Part shown: positions 8,957 to 19,011 of the stretch, piece after piece
How the letters are laid out: the number at the start of each line of letters is the position of its first letter
How positions within the stretch are numbered: the stretch's first letter is position 1
Source: Smithellaceae bacterium
GTDB taxonomy: Bacteria > Desulfobacterota > Syntrophia > Syntrophales > Smithellaceae
Assembly (NCBI GenBank): GCA_963667845.2
Contig: CAXXVL010000001.1
Span: forward strand, 1-64,000
Length of the DNA: 64,000 nucleotides
Direction: 5' to 3'
The notes under the pieces: generated by a model
Told to the model about the DNA's origin: nothing
What the model saw: the letters and a program-made list of their open reading frames with translations, nothing else
Database searches by the model: none
Translations under genes and position numbers: made by a program

Positions 8957-9471
8957 AATAAATATCTGCCTATTCTTCTGACCATATTTCTTCGTCATGA
9001 CAATTTGTCATATTTTTGACTTGACATCATCACGTCTCGGCATATAGTGACGTCCGTCACAAATGATACAAAAACCATTGATTCTTCTGCCTTCACATTG
9101 GAGCTCGCTTATGGAAAGAGTTTTGAAGTATCAGTTTGGACGTTTTAAAATTAGTTCAATTATCAACTGCATATGTTTTTTTGCCTTATGTTTCTTTTGC
9201 TTTATGAACGATTTTGCTGCTCAAAAAGTGATCATAATAATCACTTGTATCCTCTATGGTCTGTCGCTTTGGTTCTGGTGGTTCCGTCTAAAGAATTGCA
9301 CTAAGATCGTAGGCATCCAATCTTCTCAATATTTCCCCTTAATTCTTTTCCCGATATTAGGACAAATGATTGCATATTACATCCTTAAGAAGGCTGTGCA
9401 ATCTACATATTTTTTTAACTAATATAATCCCCAAAAAAAAGGTCAAAATATTATAAGCGGTGGGAATCGAA
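8957..9471 (+). repeat. Copy 2 of the tandemly duplicated cassette
   Basis: Same promoter (TTGACA 9021, TATAGT 9043), identical palindrome at 9047-9060, same 3' tail CAAAATATTATAAGC..GGGAATCGAA. Confidence 0.85.
9111..9422 (+). CDS. Hypothetical ~103-aa membrane protein (~3 TM)
   Basis: Hydrophobic ORF with GGAG SD before ATG 9111; conserved with copy 1. Confidence 0.7.
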   Translation: MERVLKYQFGRFKISSIINCICFFALCFFCFMNDFAAQKVIIIITCILYGLSLWFWWFRLKNCTKIVGIQSSQYFPLILFPILGQMIAYYILKKAVQSTYFFN

Positions 9472-9561
9472 CCCATCTGGTGATAAAAATTTACGATGAA
9501 CATGAAGAATTAATATTTTCCGAAAGAATCCTTATAATGCTTAGTCATTTTATTTCGAAGA

Positions 9562-11442
9562 TTAATCATTATTTTTAGGAAGCGTAAAATAGAAAGTCGC
9601 ACCCTTGTCAACCTTGCCTTCGGCCCAGATCCGGCCGCCATGGCGGTGGATGACGCGTTGCACGATCGCCAATCCTACACCTGTGCCCTCATATTCCTCC
9701 GCGCTGTGGAGCCGCTGAAAAACGCCAAATAATTTTCCGTAATATTCCATATCAAACCCGGCGCCATTATCCTTCACCCAATAGCGGATTTCGTTCCCTT
9801 CGCAGCTTCCGCCAATCTCAATGATGGCAGCTTCCCTAGTGCTCGTGAATTTAACGGCGTTGGAAAGGAGGTTCGCAAGAACCTGCCGGATAAGGCCGCG
9901 GTCGCCGAACACGGCGGGCAGTGAACCACGCCTGAGTTCCAGGCAGCGCCCGGGATTGATGCAGCACAATTCATCCCAAGCCTCATTGGCCAGTCCCTCC
10001 ATGTCCAGAAGCATCGGAGACATGGACGCACGTCCCGTGCGCGAAAAAGCCAGAAGATCGTCGATCAATTGCTCCATATTTCGGACATTATCGCGGATGA
10101 CCTGAAGCCTACGCCGGATATCCCCGTTGAGGTTTTCCTCCGCTTCCCGTAAGAGCATCCGGGAAAAGCCTTCGATGGCTCTGAGGGGAGCTCGCAGGTC
10201 ATGGGTCACGGAATAAGTAAAAGCTTCCAGCTCTCTGTTGGCGGCCTCCAGGTGATCAGATTTCTGCCTAAGCTCCTCTTCCATCTGCTTTCTTTCTGTG
10301 ATGTTGCGGGCGACGTGGATGGATCCGATGAGCTGGCCCCGCTCATCGCAAATAGGTGTCGTGCTCACCAGGAAATCGCCGCCGAGAACCGCTTCGTGCA
10401 CCTCGGCCACGTGCTCCCCGCCGTCCCGGCAGGTCAGGGAGTGCGGACAGAACGCTGGCGGGTGGGAGAGGCCGTGGACGACCTTATGGCACTTTGCTCC
10501 GATGCATCGGTCGGGCGGCAGCCCCAGTCGGTCCGCCATAGTCTTGTTCACTCGGACAACCCGATGCTCCTTGTCCAAGATGGCAATCAGGTCTGGAATC
10601 GTGTTGAAGGTCCGTTCCCATTCTTCCTTGGCGCGAAGGATGGCCTTCTCGGCTGTTGCTCGCTCCTGTTCGGCATGGTTGCGCTCCGTGATGTCGCGAA
10701 AGACGAGAATCACGCCGGTGACCTTTCCTTGATCATCCTTGATGGGAGCTGCGCTGTCGTCGATTGGTATTTCCTGGCCGTTGCGGGCGATTAGTATGGT
10801 ATGGTTTGCCAGACCCACGATGGCCCCTTCCTGCAGTGCCTTGGCCATGGGGTTCTCGACGCGCTGGTGGGTATCCTGATTGACGATGTTGAAGACATCA
10901 GTTAGTTTCCTCCCCAGAATCTCTTCAAGTTTCCACCCCATTAGATTTTCGGCGACGGAATTCATAAACGTGACAAAGCCGTTCCTGTCCGTGGCGATAA
11001 CGGCGTCTCCGATACTCTTCAGCGTCGTGGCCCATCGTTTTTCGCTCTCCTTCAGTTTTCCTTGAATCTTGCTTTTGTAAAGCGCCATATCGATCGTGAT
11101 GTGCAGTTCCCTTTCCCTAAAGGGCTTCACGATATAGCCGTAGGGCTCCGTGATCTTGGCGCGGCGCAGGGTGTCCTCATCGGCATATGCAGTTATATAT
11201 ATGATCGGGATATCGAAGAGTGTGCGGATCCTTTCAGCGGCAGTGACGCCGTCGATTTCTCCCGGCAGCATGATGTCCATCAGGATCAGATCCGGATGCC
11301 CCTCCGTTGCTTGTTGAATGGCTTCTTGTCCGGTAGATGCGATTTGCGGCATTGGGTATCCGAGGCTTGTTAGCCTCTGTTGCACGTCCAAAGCTAAAAT
11401 GCCCTCATCTTCAACTATGAGGATCCTGGCATCAGGCATCAC
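9562..11442 (-). CDS. Hybrid sensor kinase REC-PAS-PAS-HisKA-HATPase (bacteriophytochrome-type kinase core)
   Basis: N-terminal receiver; H-box 'FTYSVTHDLRAPLRAI'; 'FGVFQRLH..EGTGVGLAIV'. Confidence 0.92.
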   Translation of the reverse strand: MMPDARILIVEDEGILALDVQQRLTSLGYPMPQIASTGQEAIQQATEGHPDLILMDIMLPGEIDGVTAAERIRTLFDIPIIYITAYADEDTLRRAKITEPYGYIVKPFRERELHITIDMALYKSKIQGKLKESEKRWATTLKSIGDAVIATDRNGFVTFMNSVAENLMGWKLEEILGRKLTDVFNIVNQDTHQRVENPMAKALQEGAIVGLANHTILIARNGQEIPIDDSAAPIKDDQGKVTGVILVFRDITERNHAEQERATAEKAILRAKEEWERTFNTIPDLIAILDKEHRVVRVNKTMADRLGLPPDRCIGAKCHKVVHGLSHPPAFCPHSLTCRDGGEHVAEVHEAVLGGDFLVSTTPICDERGQLIGSIHVARNITERKQMEEELRQKSDHLEAANRELEAFTYSVTHDLRAPLRAIEGFSRMLLREAEENLNGDIRRRLQVIRDNVRNMEQLIDDLLAFSRTGRASMSPMLLDMEGLANEAWDELCCINPGRCLELRRGSLPAVFGDRGLIRQVLANLLSNAVKFTSTREAAIIEIGGSCEGNEIRYWVKDNGAGFDMEYYGKLFGVFQRLHSAEEYEGTGVGLAIVQRVIHRHGGRIWAEGKVDKGATFYFTLPKNND

Positions 11443-14400
11443 TCTTTCCTCCTTTGTTATCGTTCTTCAGGGCTGCGAATGTGACGGTAAATTCTGCTCC
11501 GGTACCGTCGCCCCGTTCGAAACGAAGGGCACCCCGGAGTTGTCTAACCAATACACCCACCAGTTTCAGGCCCAGAGATTCACAATTATGCACCGCGAAC
11601 CCTTCCGGTAATCCTACGCCGTTGTCGGTCACGGTCAATACGAACCGATTGTCCGCGGCACGGTGCAGATCGACGCGGATCTCAGCCATCGCACCAGCCT
11701 GTCTCCATGAATCCGGGAAGGCGTGCTTCAGGGCATTCGAGACAAGTTCATTGATGATCAGTGCGCAGGGGATAACTGTATCGATGTCTAAGGTGATGCT
11801 CGCAGCGTCAATTTTCAACCCAGCGGCATGTCTTGCCGCCCCGTAAGATCTGAGCAAGTTGTCCGTCAGACTGTGAATATACTCGGCAACGTCGATCCCA
11901 GCCAACGACTCGGACTGGTATAACTTTTCGTGGATCAAGGCCATCGAGATGATACGGTTCTGGCTTTCCTTGAATAGTTCGATGGCCTGCATATCCTGGA
12001 TGTACGGCATCTGGAGATTGAGAAGGCTGCTGATGATCTGGAGATTGTTCTTGACTCGGTGATGCACCTCTTTGAGGAGCACTTCCTTTTCCTGGAGTGA
12101 TCTCCTAACCACCTCCTCGGCCTTGAGCATACCATTGACCAGTCCCGCATTTTCCAGGGAGATGGCCGCTTGGGAGGCAAGCAATTCTGTCATCTGTGAC
12201 TTTTCCGCTGTAAACGCCGAATCGGTAAGGCTGTTTTCCAGGTATAGGATGCCGATCCTCTTGGACTGCTTGACCACGGGCAGACACATAACCGAACGCA
12301 GTTGTCTTTCCTGGACCTCCGGATTGTCCTTGAACGCCTCGTCCTGACAGGCATTGCCCAGAATCACCCGCTCCCCGGTCCGCGATGCGTAACGGACGAT
12401 AGCCTTGCTGATGTCCTGTGTATCTTCCAGTCTCCGATCCAATGACCGAACCGGTTGCTTTTCTGCTATGTGACTCTCCGCACGAACGAACAGCGATCCC
12501 TCTTCTTCGATCAAAAGATAGCCATCCTGCGCCCCTGAACATTCGATAACGACTTTCATGATTTTCTTCATGAGGGCAACCTGCTCGATCTCGGCGGAAA
12601 TGGCGAAAGAGGATTTCATCAGGTAATCGACATCTATGTTGGGCAGGGTGTAGGCATCAGGCTCCGCCTCCAGCCGCGGATAAGCCCTTTTTCGCTCCTC
12701 GAAATACTCGGAACGTCTTTCAACAAGGCTGATCTCTTTGCGCCTTGCATGGCATTTTTGATACAGGCGTGCAGCTTCTGCAAAATAGATCCCCACAGAC
12801 CGCTGGCCGGCATGAAGGAGCAGTTCGGCGAGGCATTCAAAGAGATGTCCTTCGAGAAATGTATAATCCTGCCCATGCGCAACATCAATGGCATCCAGGA
12901 AAAGCCCTCTCGCCTCCTTGAAATCGCCCGTGACCCGAGCCAATTCGGCACGAAGAAACGCCAAATATGGCTTCAACAGCGGCCCCAGATCGGCCCAAGT
13001 CTCGACTTTTTGGATGATCGGCTGTATCTCCGAGAGAAGTGCCGCTTCATTCGCGAAGCCCGATCCCTTTTCATAGCGTTTCATGGCGTTGAGGACCAGA
13101 AAGACATACCATTGACGCTTCAGAACGTTATCTGTAAGACCATGGAGATAAGAGCGGACCCGGGCGAGGCAGGCTTCGGCCTCTTCGTGTTCGCCGAAAT
13201 AGTAATGCGCCAGGGCCCGATGGACAAAATAACTTCCCGCAGAGGCGACGTGGTTGTTCTCCTCCCAGGTCTTCAGCTTTTCCTCAGCAATCGGCGGGGC
13301 ATTATCCTTCTTCATGGGTTCGATCCAGCTCGCTTGCATCGCTTCGGCAAGGCCAACGGAGAAGGAAAGATGGTATCTCTTGGAAAATTCGAGGCATTCC
13401 GCCGCATAATCCTCGATCACGGACAGATCCGCCCCCTGAACCTGGAGGTTCCACATCAGGGGACCATAGGAAAGTCCTGCGTTGTATAGGTCGCCGCAGT
13501 TCTTTCCACACTGAATTCCTTTGAGAGCGTAATCGACTATCTGAGACGGGTGGCTCCGCGAGTGCATGTTGCACCAGACTATCCCATTCATGCCGCGCGT
13601 GGCGCCGAAGGTGTTCGGGTATTTCGCCGACAGGTCCCGGGCCAAATCTTCGTATTTGAAGGCCGGCAGGAACTTCTCCTCCTCCCCCAGCTGAAGTCCC
13701 ATGATGCTGAATGAATAGATAACTGATTCGTCCATACCCCCGGCCAGGCAATGCTGGGTTGACTGCACCGCCGAGAGGTAAAGCTGCGGCACAAGCCCGG
13801 ACATATACAGGTCCGGGATAAGTTCGCTGTAAAAGGCCAACTCAATCTTGCTCTTCCGATCCGAAGTGAAAGGCATGTTCGAGATGGTCTCCCATACATC
13901 AATATTCCTGGCATCGATCTCGGCGATCAACGCATGCCTCCTTTTGTCCGCCTCGGCGGGGTCCTCCGGGATGGCCTTCCCGAAATAGGCCAGTCCCCGG
14001 TTGGCGGTCTCGATAGCCTTGATGAAATTGCCTATGGAGGAGAGCGATGTCGTCTGTTCCGCAAGGCATTCCGCCTTGTCCAGATCGCTTTTAGCATGTT
14101 CGAGAAGCTCGTTTAGCAATGTTTCGGACTTCGCGTAATTGCCACACATCAGCTCCGTTTTGGCCGTTTTCTGATAAATTCGGAAGGTGCGTTCGTAGTG
14201 GTTATCCATCCAGCAGTCGGACGGGAGCAGTTCCCGGCTTAGATTGAAGTATTCGTTGGCCGCTTCCGTGGCTAAGGAGTCCAAGGCTTTGTTCCCGGCA
14301 GCGTAGTTGACGTCCGAGAGAAAAAAGGCTCGGTTCGCATCCGGGCTCTCCTCCCGGCTTAGGTTGAGGTGGGATGCGATCGTGAAGAGATTGTCGAGCT

Positions 14401-16519
14401 TTTCGAACTCGGTGCCTTCGGGGACTGCGGATAACAAGTACTCGCTCACTTCATAGTGGATCAGGCGACGGCGTTCCTTCTGAATACCGTCCAGGGCCGC
14501 TTCCTGGACCTTGTCATGGATGAATTGGAGCCGGTTCTTGCTTTCGAAGATGAGCCCCTGGTCGAGGGCCGGTTTGAGCACCTCGAACGTTTCCAGCAGG
14601 CTCATCCCCCGGATTGCGGATAGCTCCTCAGGTGAGAAGGTGTTCCCTAGGCAAGCACAATACTCAAGCAAGGTGATCAACTCTGGAGGAAGCCTGCGAA
14701 TCTTCGAGCTGAAAAGAGCGACGACGGTTGTCGGCATGCGAGAGAGCCGGATCCTATCTAGGTCCCACCGCCAATGCCGTTCGTCATCCAGGTACAATAG
14801 GCTTTCGTTGTGCAGATAGGCGAGGCTTTCGCTTACGAAAAGCGGGTTCCCCTCGGAAAGTGCAGTAATAAAATCGGACAGCATCTTTGTCTGCGGCAGG
14901 GGCGTGTCCAGGATATAAGAGACCATCTCATGGCAATGCTCCGGTGCAAGCGGTCCCAGCCGGATCTCCTTCAAGGGCTGGCCACCCTCCAAAACGCTCC
15001 GGACGAGCTTGGTCAAGGGGTGGCTCGCGTCAACCTCGTTGTGGCGAAAGGCCCCCAAGAGGAAAAGGTAGGGGTGGCTCCTGGAATTGTTGAAAATGTT
15101 CGAAAGGAAATCGAAAGAGGCCACATCGCACCACTGGAGGTCGTCGATGAACAGTGTCAGTGGGTTTTCCTCGCTGGCGAGGGCACTCAAAAAACGGTTA
15201 AAGACATCGTGGAACCGGTTGAGCGATTCTACGGGGGGAAGCTTCTTAACAGCGGGTTGTGTTCCAATCAGGACTTCCAGCTCTGGGATGATATCGGCTA
15301 GGACCTTGCCGTTTTGGTCTACGGCTTCCAGGATCTTTCTCTTCCATGACGCGACCCGGTCGTCGCTTTCCGTCAGAAACGTTCGCATCAGATTCCGGAG
15401 CGCCTGGATAAGGGAACTGTAGGGAATGTTTTTCTGGTAGACGTCAAACTTTCCCGACGTGAAATAACCCCTGTGCCTCACGATCGGCTTTTGCAACTCC
15501 TGGATCAGGCGGGTCTTGCCGATGCCAGACAGCCCGGAAACGAGGATCGAGCGGAACTCGCCCCGCACCACCTGTTCGTACTTTGCCAAGATCGTTTCCG
15601 CCTCTCGGTCTCGGCCGACCATCTTGGAGATGAAGGCCACGCGGTGAGAGTAAACGTAGCTTTCCAGTGGAAATTCGCCGATCGTTCCAGTGGCCGCATA
15701 TTCATCCCGGCATCGTTCGAGGTCTGCTAAGATTCCACGGCTGTGCTGGTAGCGTTTTTCCGGCTCCTTGATCATCAATTTAGCAACAAGTCGGCTCAGG
15801 ACAGCGGGAACATCGGGATTTAATTCACTCACCCACGGCGCTTCTTCGGCCAGGTGGGAGTGGATCAATTCAAGGGGATCCGTAGATGAGAATGGGAGAC
15901 GGCCGGTCAACATCTCGTAGAAAACGATCCCGAGGGAATAGAGATCCGAGGAAAAAACCACCCGGTGGCTGATACGTCCGGTTTGCTCTGGGGAAGTATA
16001 GGCTAGGGTCTCCCGGACAAAAGAAGGGTCATAAATGAAATGGCTGACGTCCCTTACATCGATCGCGCTAATAAAGTCGATCAGTCGGATAGCTAAAGTG
16101 CCCTCATCGACGAGAATGTTGTGAGGCTTGATTCCTCCGTGAATCACGCCGGCTTCGTGGACTTTTTCCAAGGCGGAGGCAAGCTCTATGGCAATGGCGA
16201 AAAAATCGAGCAACGGCATCCGATTATGCACTGACATGAACTTGTCGAGGGGTATTCCGGCGAAGTACTCTTGAGTGATAAAGGCTGTATCTTCCCTGTC
16301 GCTGAAGGAAATGGGCGTAATTACCAGGGAATAATTTAGTACCTTGAGGTGTTCGATTTTCTGACGGAATTGGGCTCTTTTGTATTCGGTCAGGCCATTA
16401 ACCTTCAGGGCCTTGAGCACAAGTAGTCTCGCCGGATTTTTTTTGTGGTACGCCTTGAAAACAATTGCTTGTGGTGATTCAGCTATTCTTTCGAGCAATT
16501 CATAGTTGGAGATGACCAT
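11432..16519 (-). CDS. Ser/Thr-kinase-like / AAA ATPase / GAF / HisKA_2 multidomain sensor kinase
   Basis: Kinase-like 'YTSPEQTGR', 'SDLYSLG'; Walker A GLSGIGKT; Walker B FIDDLQW; GAF 'GILYLEN'; 'KEVHHRVKNNLQ'. Start placed at MVISNY (ORF track extends to 16591). Confidence 0.9.
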   Translation of the reverse strand: MVISNYELLERIAESPQAIVFKAYHKKNPARLLVLKALKVNGLTEYKRAQFRQKIEHLKVLNYSLVITPISFSDREDTAFITQEYFAGIPLDKFMSVHNRMPLLDFFAIAIELASALEKVHEAGVIHGGIKPHNILVDEGTLAIRLIDFISAIDVRDVSHFIYDPSFVRETLAYTSPEQTGRISHRVVFSSDLYSLGIVFYEMLTGRLPFSSTDPLELIHSHLAEEAPWVSELNPDVPAVLSRLVAKLMIKEPEKRYQHSRGILADLERCRDEYAATGTIGEFPLESYVYSHRVAFISKMVGRDREAETILAKYEQVVRGEFRSILVSGLSGIGKTRLIQELQKPIVRHRGYFTSGKFDVYQKNIPYSSLIQALRNLMRTFLTESDDRVASWKRKILEAVDQNGKVLADIIPELEVLIGTQPAVKKLPPVESLNRFHDVFNRFLSALASEENPLTLFIDDLQWCDVASFDFLSNIFNNSRSHPYLFLLGAFRHNEVDASHPLTKLVRSVLEGGQPLKEIRLGPLAPEHCHEMVSYILDTPLPQTKMLSDFITALSEGNPLFVSESLAYLHNESLLYLDDERHWRWDLDRIRLSRMPTTVVALFSSKIRRLPPELITLLEYCACLGNTFSPEELSAIRGMSLLETFEVLKPALDQGLIFESKNRLQFIHDKVQEAALDGIQKERRRLIHYEVSEYLLSAVPEGTEFEKLDNLFTIASHLNLSREESPDANRAFFLSDVNYAAGNKALDSLATEAANEYFNLSRELLPSDCWMDNHYERTFRIYQKTAKTELMCGNYAKSETLLNELLEHAKSDLDKAECLAEQTTSLSSIGNFIKAIETANRGLAYFGKAIPEDPAEADKRRHALIAEIDARNIDVWETISNMPFTSDRKSKIELAFYSELIPDLYMSGLVPQLYLSAVQSTQHCLAGGMDESVIYSFSIMGLQLGEEEKFLPAFKYEDLARDLSAKYPNTFGATRGMNGIVWCNMHSRSHPSQIVDYALKGIQCGKNCGDLYNAGLSYGPLMWNLQVQGADLSVIEDYAAECLEFSKRYHLSFSVGLAEAMQASWIEPMKKDNAPPIAEEKLKTWEENNHVASAGSYFVHRALAHYYFGEHEEAEACLARVRSYLHGLTDNVLKRQWYVFLVLNAMKRYEKGSGFANEAALLSEIQPIIQKVETWADLGPLLKPYLAFLRAELARVTGDFKEARGLFLDAIDVAHGQDYTFLEGHLFECLAELLLHAGQRSVGIYFAEAARLYQKCHARRKEISLVERRSEYFEERKRAYPRLEAEPDAYTLPNIDVDYLMKSSFAISAEIEQVALMKKIMKVVIECSGAQDGYLLIEEEGSLFVRAESHIAEKQPVRSLDRRLEDTQDISKAIVRYASRTGERVILGNACQDEAFKDNPEVQERQLRSVMCLPVVKQSKRIGILYLENSLTDSAFTAEKSQMTELLASQAAISLENAGLVNGMLKAEEVVRRSLQEKEVLLKEVHHRVKNNLQIISSLLNLQMPYIQDMQAIELFKESQNRIISMALIHEKLYQSESLAGIDVAEYIHSLTDNLLRSYGAARHAAGLKIDAASITLDIDTVIPCALIINELVSNALKHAFPDSWRQAGAMAEIRVDLHRAADNRFVLTVTDNGVGLPEGFAVHNCESLGLKLVGVLVRQLRGALRFERGDGTGAEFTVTFAALKNDNKGGKSDA

Positions 16520-16743
16520 CTCAGCCTCTCGAGACCCAGGGACAGAAGTATTGCGGATTTGTTTTCTATACTTATAGAATAGCCATGTCAATCAATTTGA
16601 TAGAGGAAGTATACTTTGATAAGTAAGCTGAAATAGTAGGACAGACCTGTCACTTTTCTAATACTTCTTTACTATTGCCTTGACGCGAAATTACGTCTAT
16701 ACCGCAGCATAAGCTCAAGTGAATAAATGATGATAATTAGAAG

Positions 16744-17139
16744 ATGCTAATGATGGATAAGAAAATGCGGATCCTGATCCTGGAAGATAGGGCAAGCGAT
16801 GCCGAACTGGTGAAATTTTGTTTAATGGAAGCGGGATTCGCCTTTACAGAAAAATGGGTCACCAATAAGGGAGAATTTCTAACTGCCTTGGAAGGATTTT
16901 GTCCCGACCTGATTCTTTCAGACTACGATCTTCCGCAATACACTGGAGCATTGGCCCTCGCCGATGCAAAAGAACGACTCCCCAGTGTCCCATTTATCCT
17001 GGTAACCGGTGCTCTTGGCAAAGATGAAAAGCGGATCAGTAATATCCTCTCTGACGGTGCCAACGCCTGCGTTCTGAAAGACGATCTTGACCGGCTGCCG
17101 CTCGCTATACATAAAGCTTTTGGATATAATATAGCGTGA
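16744..17139 (+). CDS. Single-domain response regulator
   Basis: ILILED, DLILSDYDLP, FILVTG, CVLKD. Confidence 0.88.
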   Translation: MLMMDKKMRILILEDRASDAELVKFCLMEAGFAFTEKWVTNKGEFLTALEGFCPDLILSDYDLPQYTGALALADAKERLPSVPFILVTGALGKDEKRISNILSDGANACVLKDDLDRLPLAIHKAFGYNIA

Positions 17140-17177
17140 ATCCTGAAAAGCACTCTTACAGTTAGCTTGAATTTGCA

Positions 17178-17618
17178 TCAGAGCGGAGATTTGTTTAAAG
17201 CAACCCAGTAAAACCCGATGTGAGCGACAACCTTCGCGAAATTCTCGAATTCAACGGGCTTTACGATGTAACTGTTCACACCGAGGTGATAGCATTCGAT
17301 CCTGTCTTGATCCTGGGGGGACGACGTAAGCACTACAACCGGTATCGACTTCGTACGTTCATCAGCCCTGATTCGTCTCAGAATCTCCAGTCCATCTATT
17401 TTGGGCAAATTGAGATCCAATAGAATTAATACGGGACGTTCGCAAATGCCGCAAGTGCTGAATTCTCCCTGTCGGAAAATGTAGTCTACGGCCTCCTGGC
17501 CATCCTTCAATACCTTGACCCGGTTAGCAAGATTGTTCTCTTTAAGGGCGTCAAGTGTCATTTCAATATCAGCGGGGTTGTCTTCCACAAGAATAATGTC
17601 CAACATGGTATTAATCAT
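17178..17618 (-). CDS. Rcp1-like single-domain response regulator
   Basis: ILVEDNPAD, LLDLNLPKIDG, VVLTSS, GVNSYIVKPV..FYW. Confidence 0.92.
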   Translation of the reverse strand: MINTMLDIILVEDNPADIEMTLDALKENNLANRVKVLKDGQEAVDYIFRQGEFSTCGICERPVLILLDLNLPKIDGLEILRRIRADERTKSIPVVVLTSSPQDQDRIECYHLGVNSYIVKPVEFENFAKVVAHIGFYWVALNKSPL

Positions 17619-17764
17619 TTTCTATTCCTTTCTGGATAGATTAAGAGCGAGACTTTGGTAAGGATCAGTTTGTTTACAAATATATTCAGCGACGGACAAT
17701 CTAGCGGGGGGCGGGAAGAAAGTAAACTGTATTTAATATTATTGAAATTAGGTATATAAAATAC

Positions 17765-18754
17765 CTAATTATCAAATTTTTGAAGTCGCAGCAGAAGATT
17801 TGCCTTTGCAGTGGTCAAACCCAGCTTTCTTCTGATATGTCTTCTGTGGACATCGATTGATCCAGTGGCGATTCCCAATATTTCTGCGATTTCCTTAGTG
17901 GACTTACCCTGTTTTACAAGGGTTGCCACCTTGATTTCCTTCGGCGTAAAGTCGAGTTGCTGTAAGTTTTGCAGCAGAGGCGTCGTAATTTCATTGAGAT
18001 GTGTTTCTATAACCTCCAGATAGGATCGCTGCTCGGCATCCGACGCCTTTTTTCTCATCTGCTCAATATAGGGGAGAACTAGATTCTTTACATTCATCAC
18101 AAATCTCTGTTCCATGACTTTCTTGTCATCCTCCCGTTGCTGCAAGAGAACCTTAAGCGCTACATTTAGGTCCTGAAGGGATTGGCTTTTTATTTCCAAC
18201 TCCGCTGTTCGTTGCTTAACCATCTCCTCAAGATGCATTCGATGTCTGTCGATATCCTCCTCCATCCGCTTGCGCTCTGTAATATCGCGGGCGACGGCAA
18301 GGGTGAAGATCTCATCCTTGACATGCAGTGGCCCGAGGGATATATCGACGGGGAATTCGGTGCCGTCTTTCCTTCTGCCATAAAGTTCCAGCCCCGTGCC
18401 CATCTGGCGAACGTGAGGGGCGGACAGATATAATTTGCTCTCTTCCAGGTGTCTTTTTCGGAAACGATCGGGAACGACAATATCATGAGCTATACCGATC
18501 ATCTCTTCATGCGTATAGCCGAACAAACGCTCTGCCTCTTGATTGACTTGGACGGTGCCACCTTTACTGTTGATGACAAGAATTGCATCAGGCGCGAATT
18601 GAAAAAGACCCTCGAACATCGCCTGGGTCTTAGCTAATTCGGCATCATACTTCTCTCTTTTCTCGTTTATCTTTTCCAGTTCATCAATACGCTTGCGTAA
18701 TTTTATCAGGTCATTGATAAGCCTCTCTTTTGACAGATCTTCAAGTGGCTGCAT
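17765..18754 (-). CDS. PAS domain + LuxR-type HTH transcriptional regulator
   Basis: FixL-like PAS 'VPDRFRKRH..GRRKDGTEFPVDISL'; C-terminal 'FTPKEIKVATLVKQGKSTKEIAEILGI..HIRRKLG'. Confidence 0.9.
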   Translation of the reverse strand: MQPLEDLSKERLINDLIKLRKRIDELEKINEKREKYDAELAKTQAMFEGLFQFAPDAILVINSKGGTVQVNQEAERLFGYTHEEMIGIAHDIVVPDRFRKRHLEESKLYLSAPHVRQMGTGLELYGRRKDGTEFPVDISLGPLHVKDEIFTLAVARDITERKRMEEDIDRHRMHLEEMVKQRTAELEIKSQSLQDLNVALKVLLQQREDDKKVMEQRFVMNVKNLVLPYIEQMRKKASDAEQRSYLEVIETHLNEITTPLLQNLQQLDFTPKEIKVATLVKQGKSTKEIAEILGIATGSIDVHRRHIRRKLGLTTAKANLLLRLQKFDN

Positions 18755-19011
18755 GTGCTCCTTTTCGAGACAATCAAATCGGTAACTTCAGCTTGATCTA
18801 CGGTAAAGTAACACGATTTGTATTCGAAAGCTACTATGGTACTGAAATTATTTACCCTAAGACCTTCAGGGATAAAGTCACGATTCGTGATCGTCTTTAC
18901 ACTGCTGTAAAGAAGACTCCGTCATCAATGGGATTCATAACAAGCTGCCTTGCTAAAATAATGTATTATGGTATAGATATTCATCTTTTCCTAACAACTG
19001 GCAGGTAATTT

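Noticed and set aside
8331..9471. Integron cassette array or CRISPR
   Set aside because: Only two long units, each with its own promoter; no attC-like or repeat-spacer structure.
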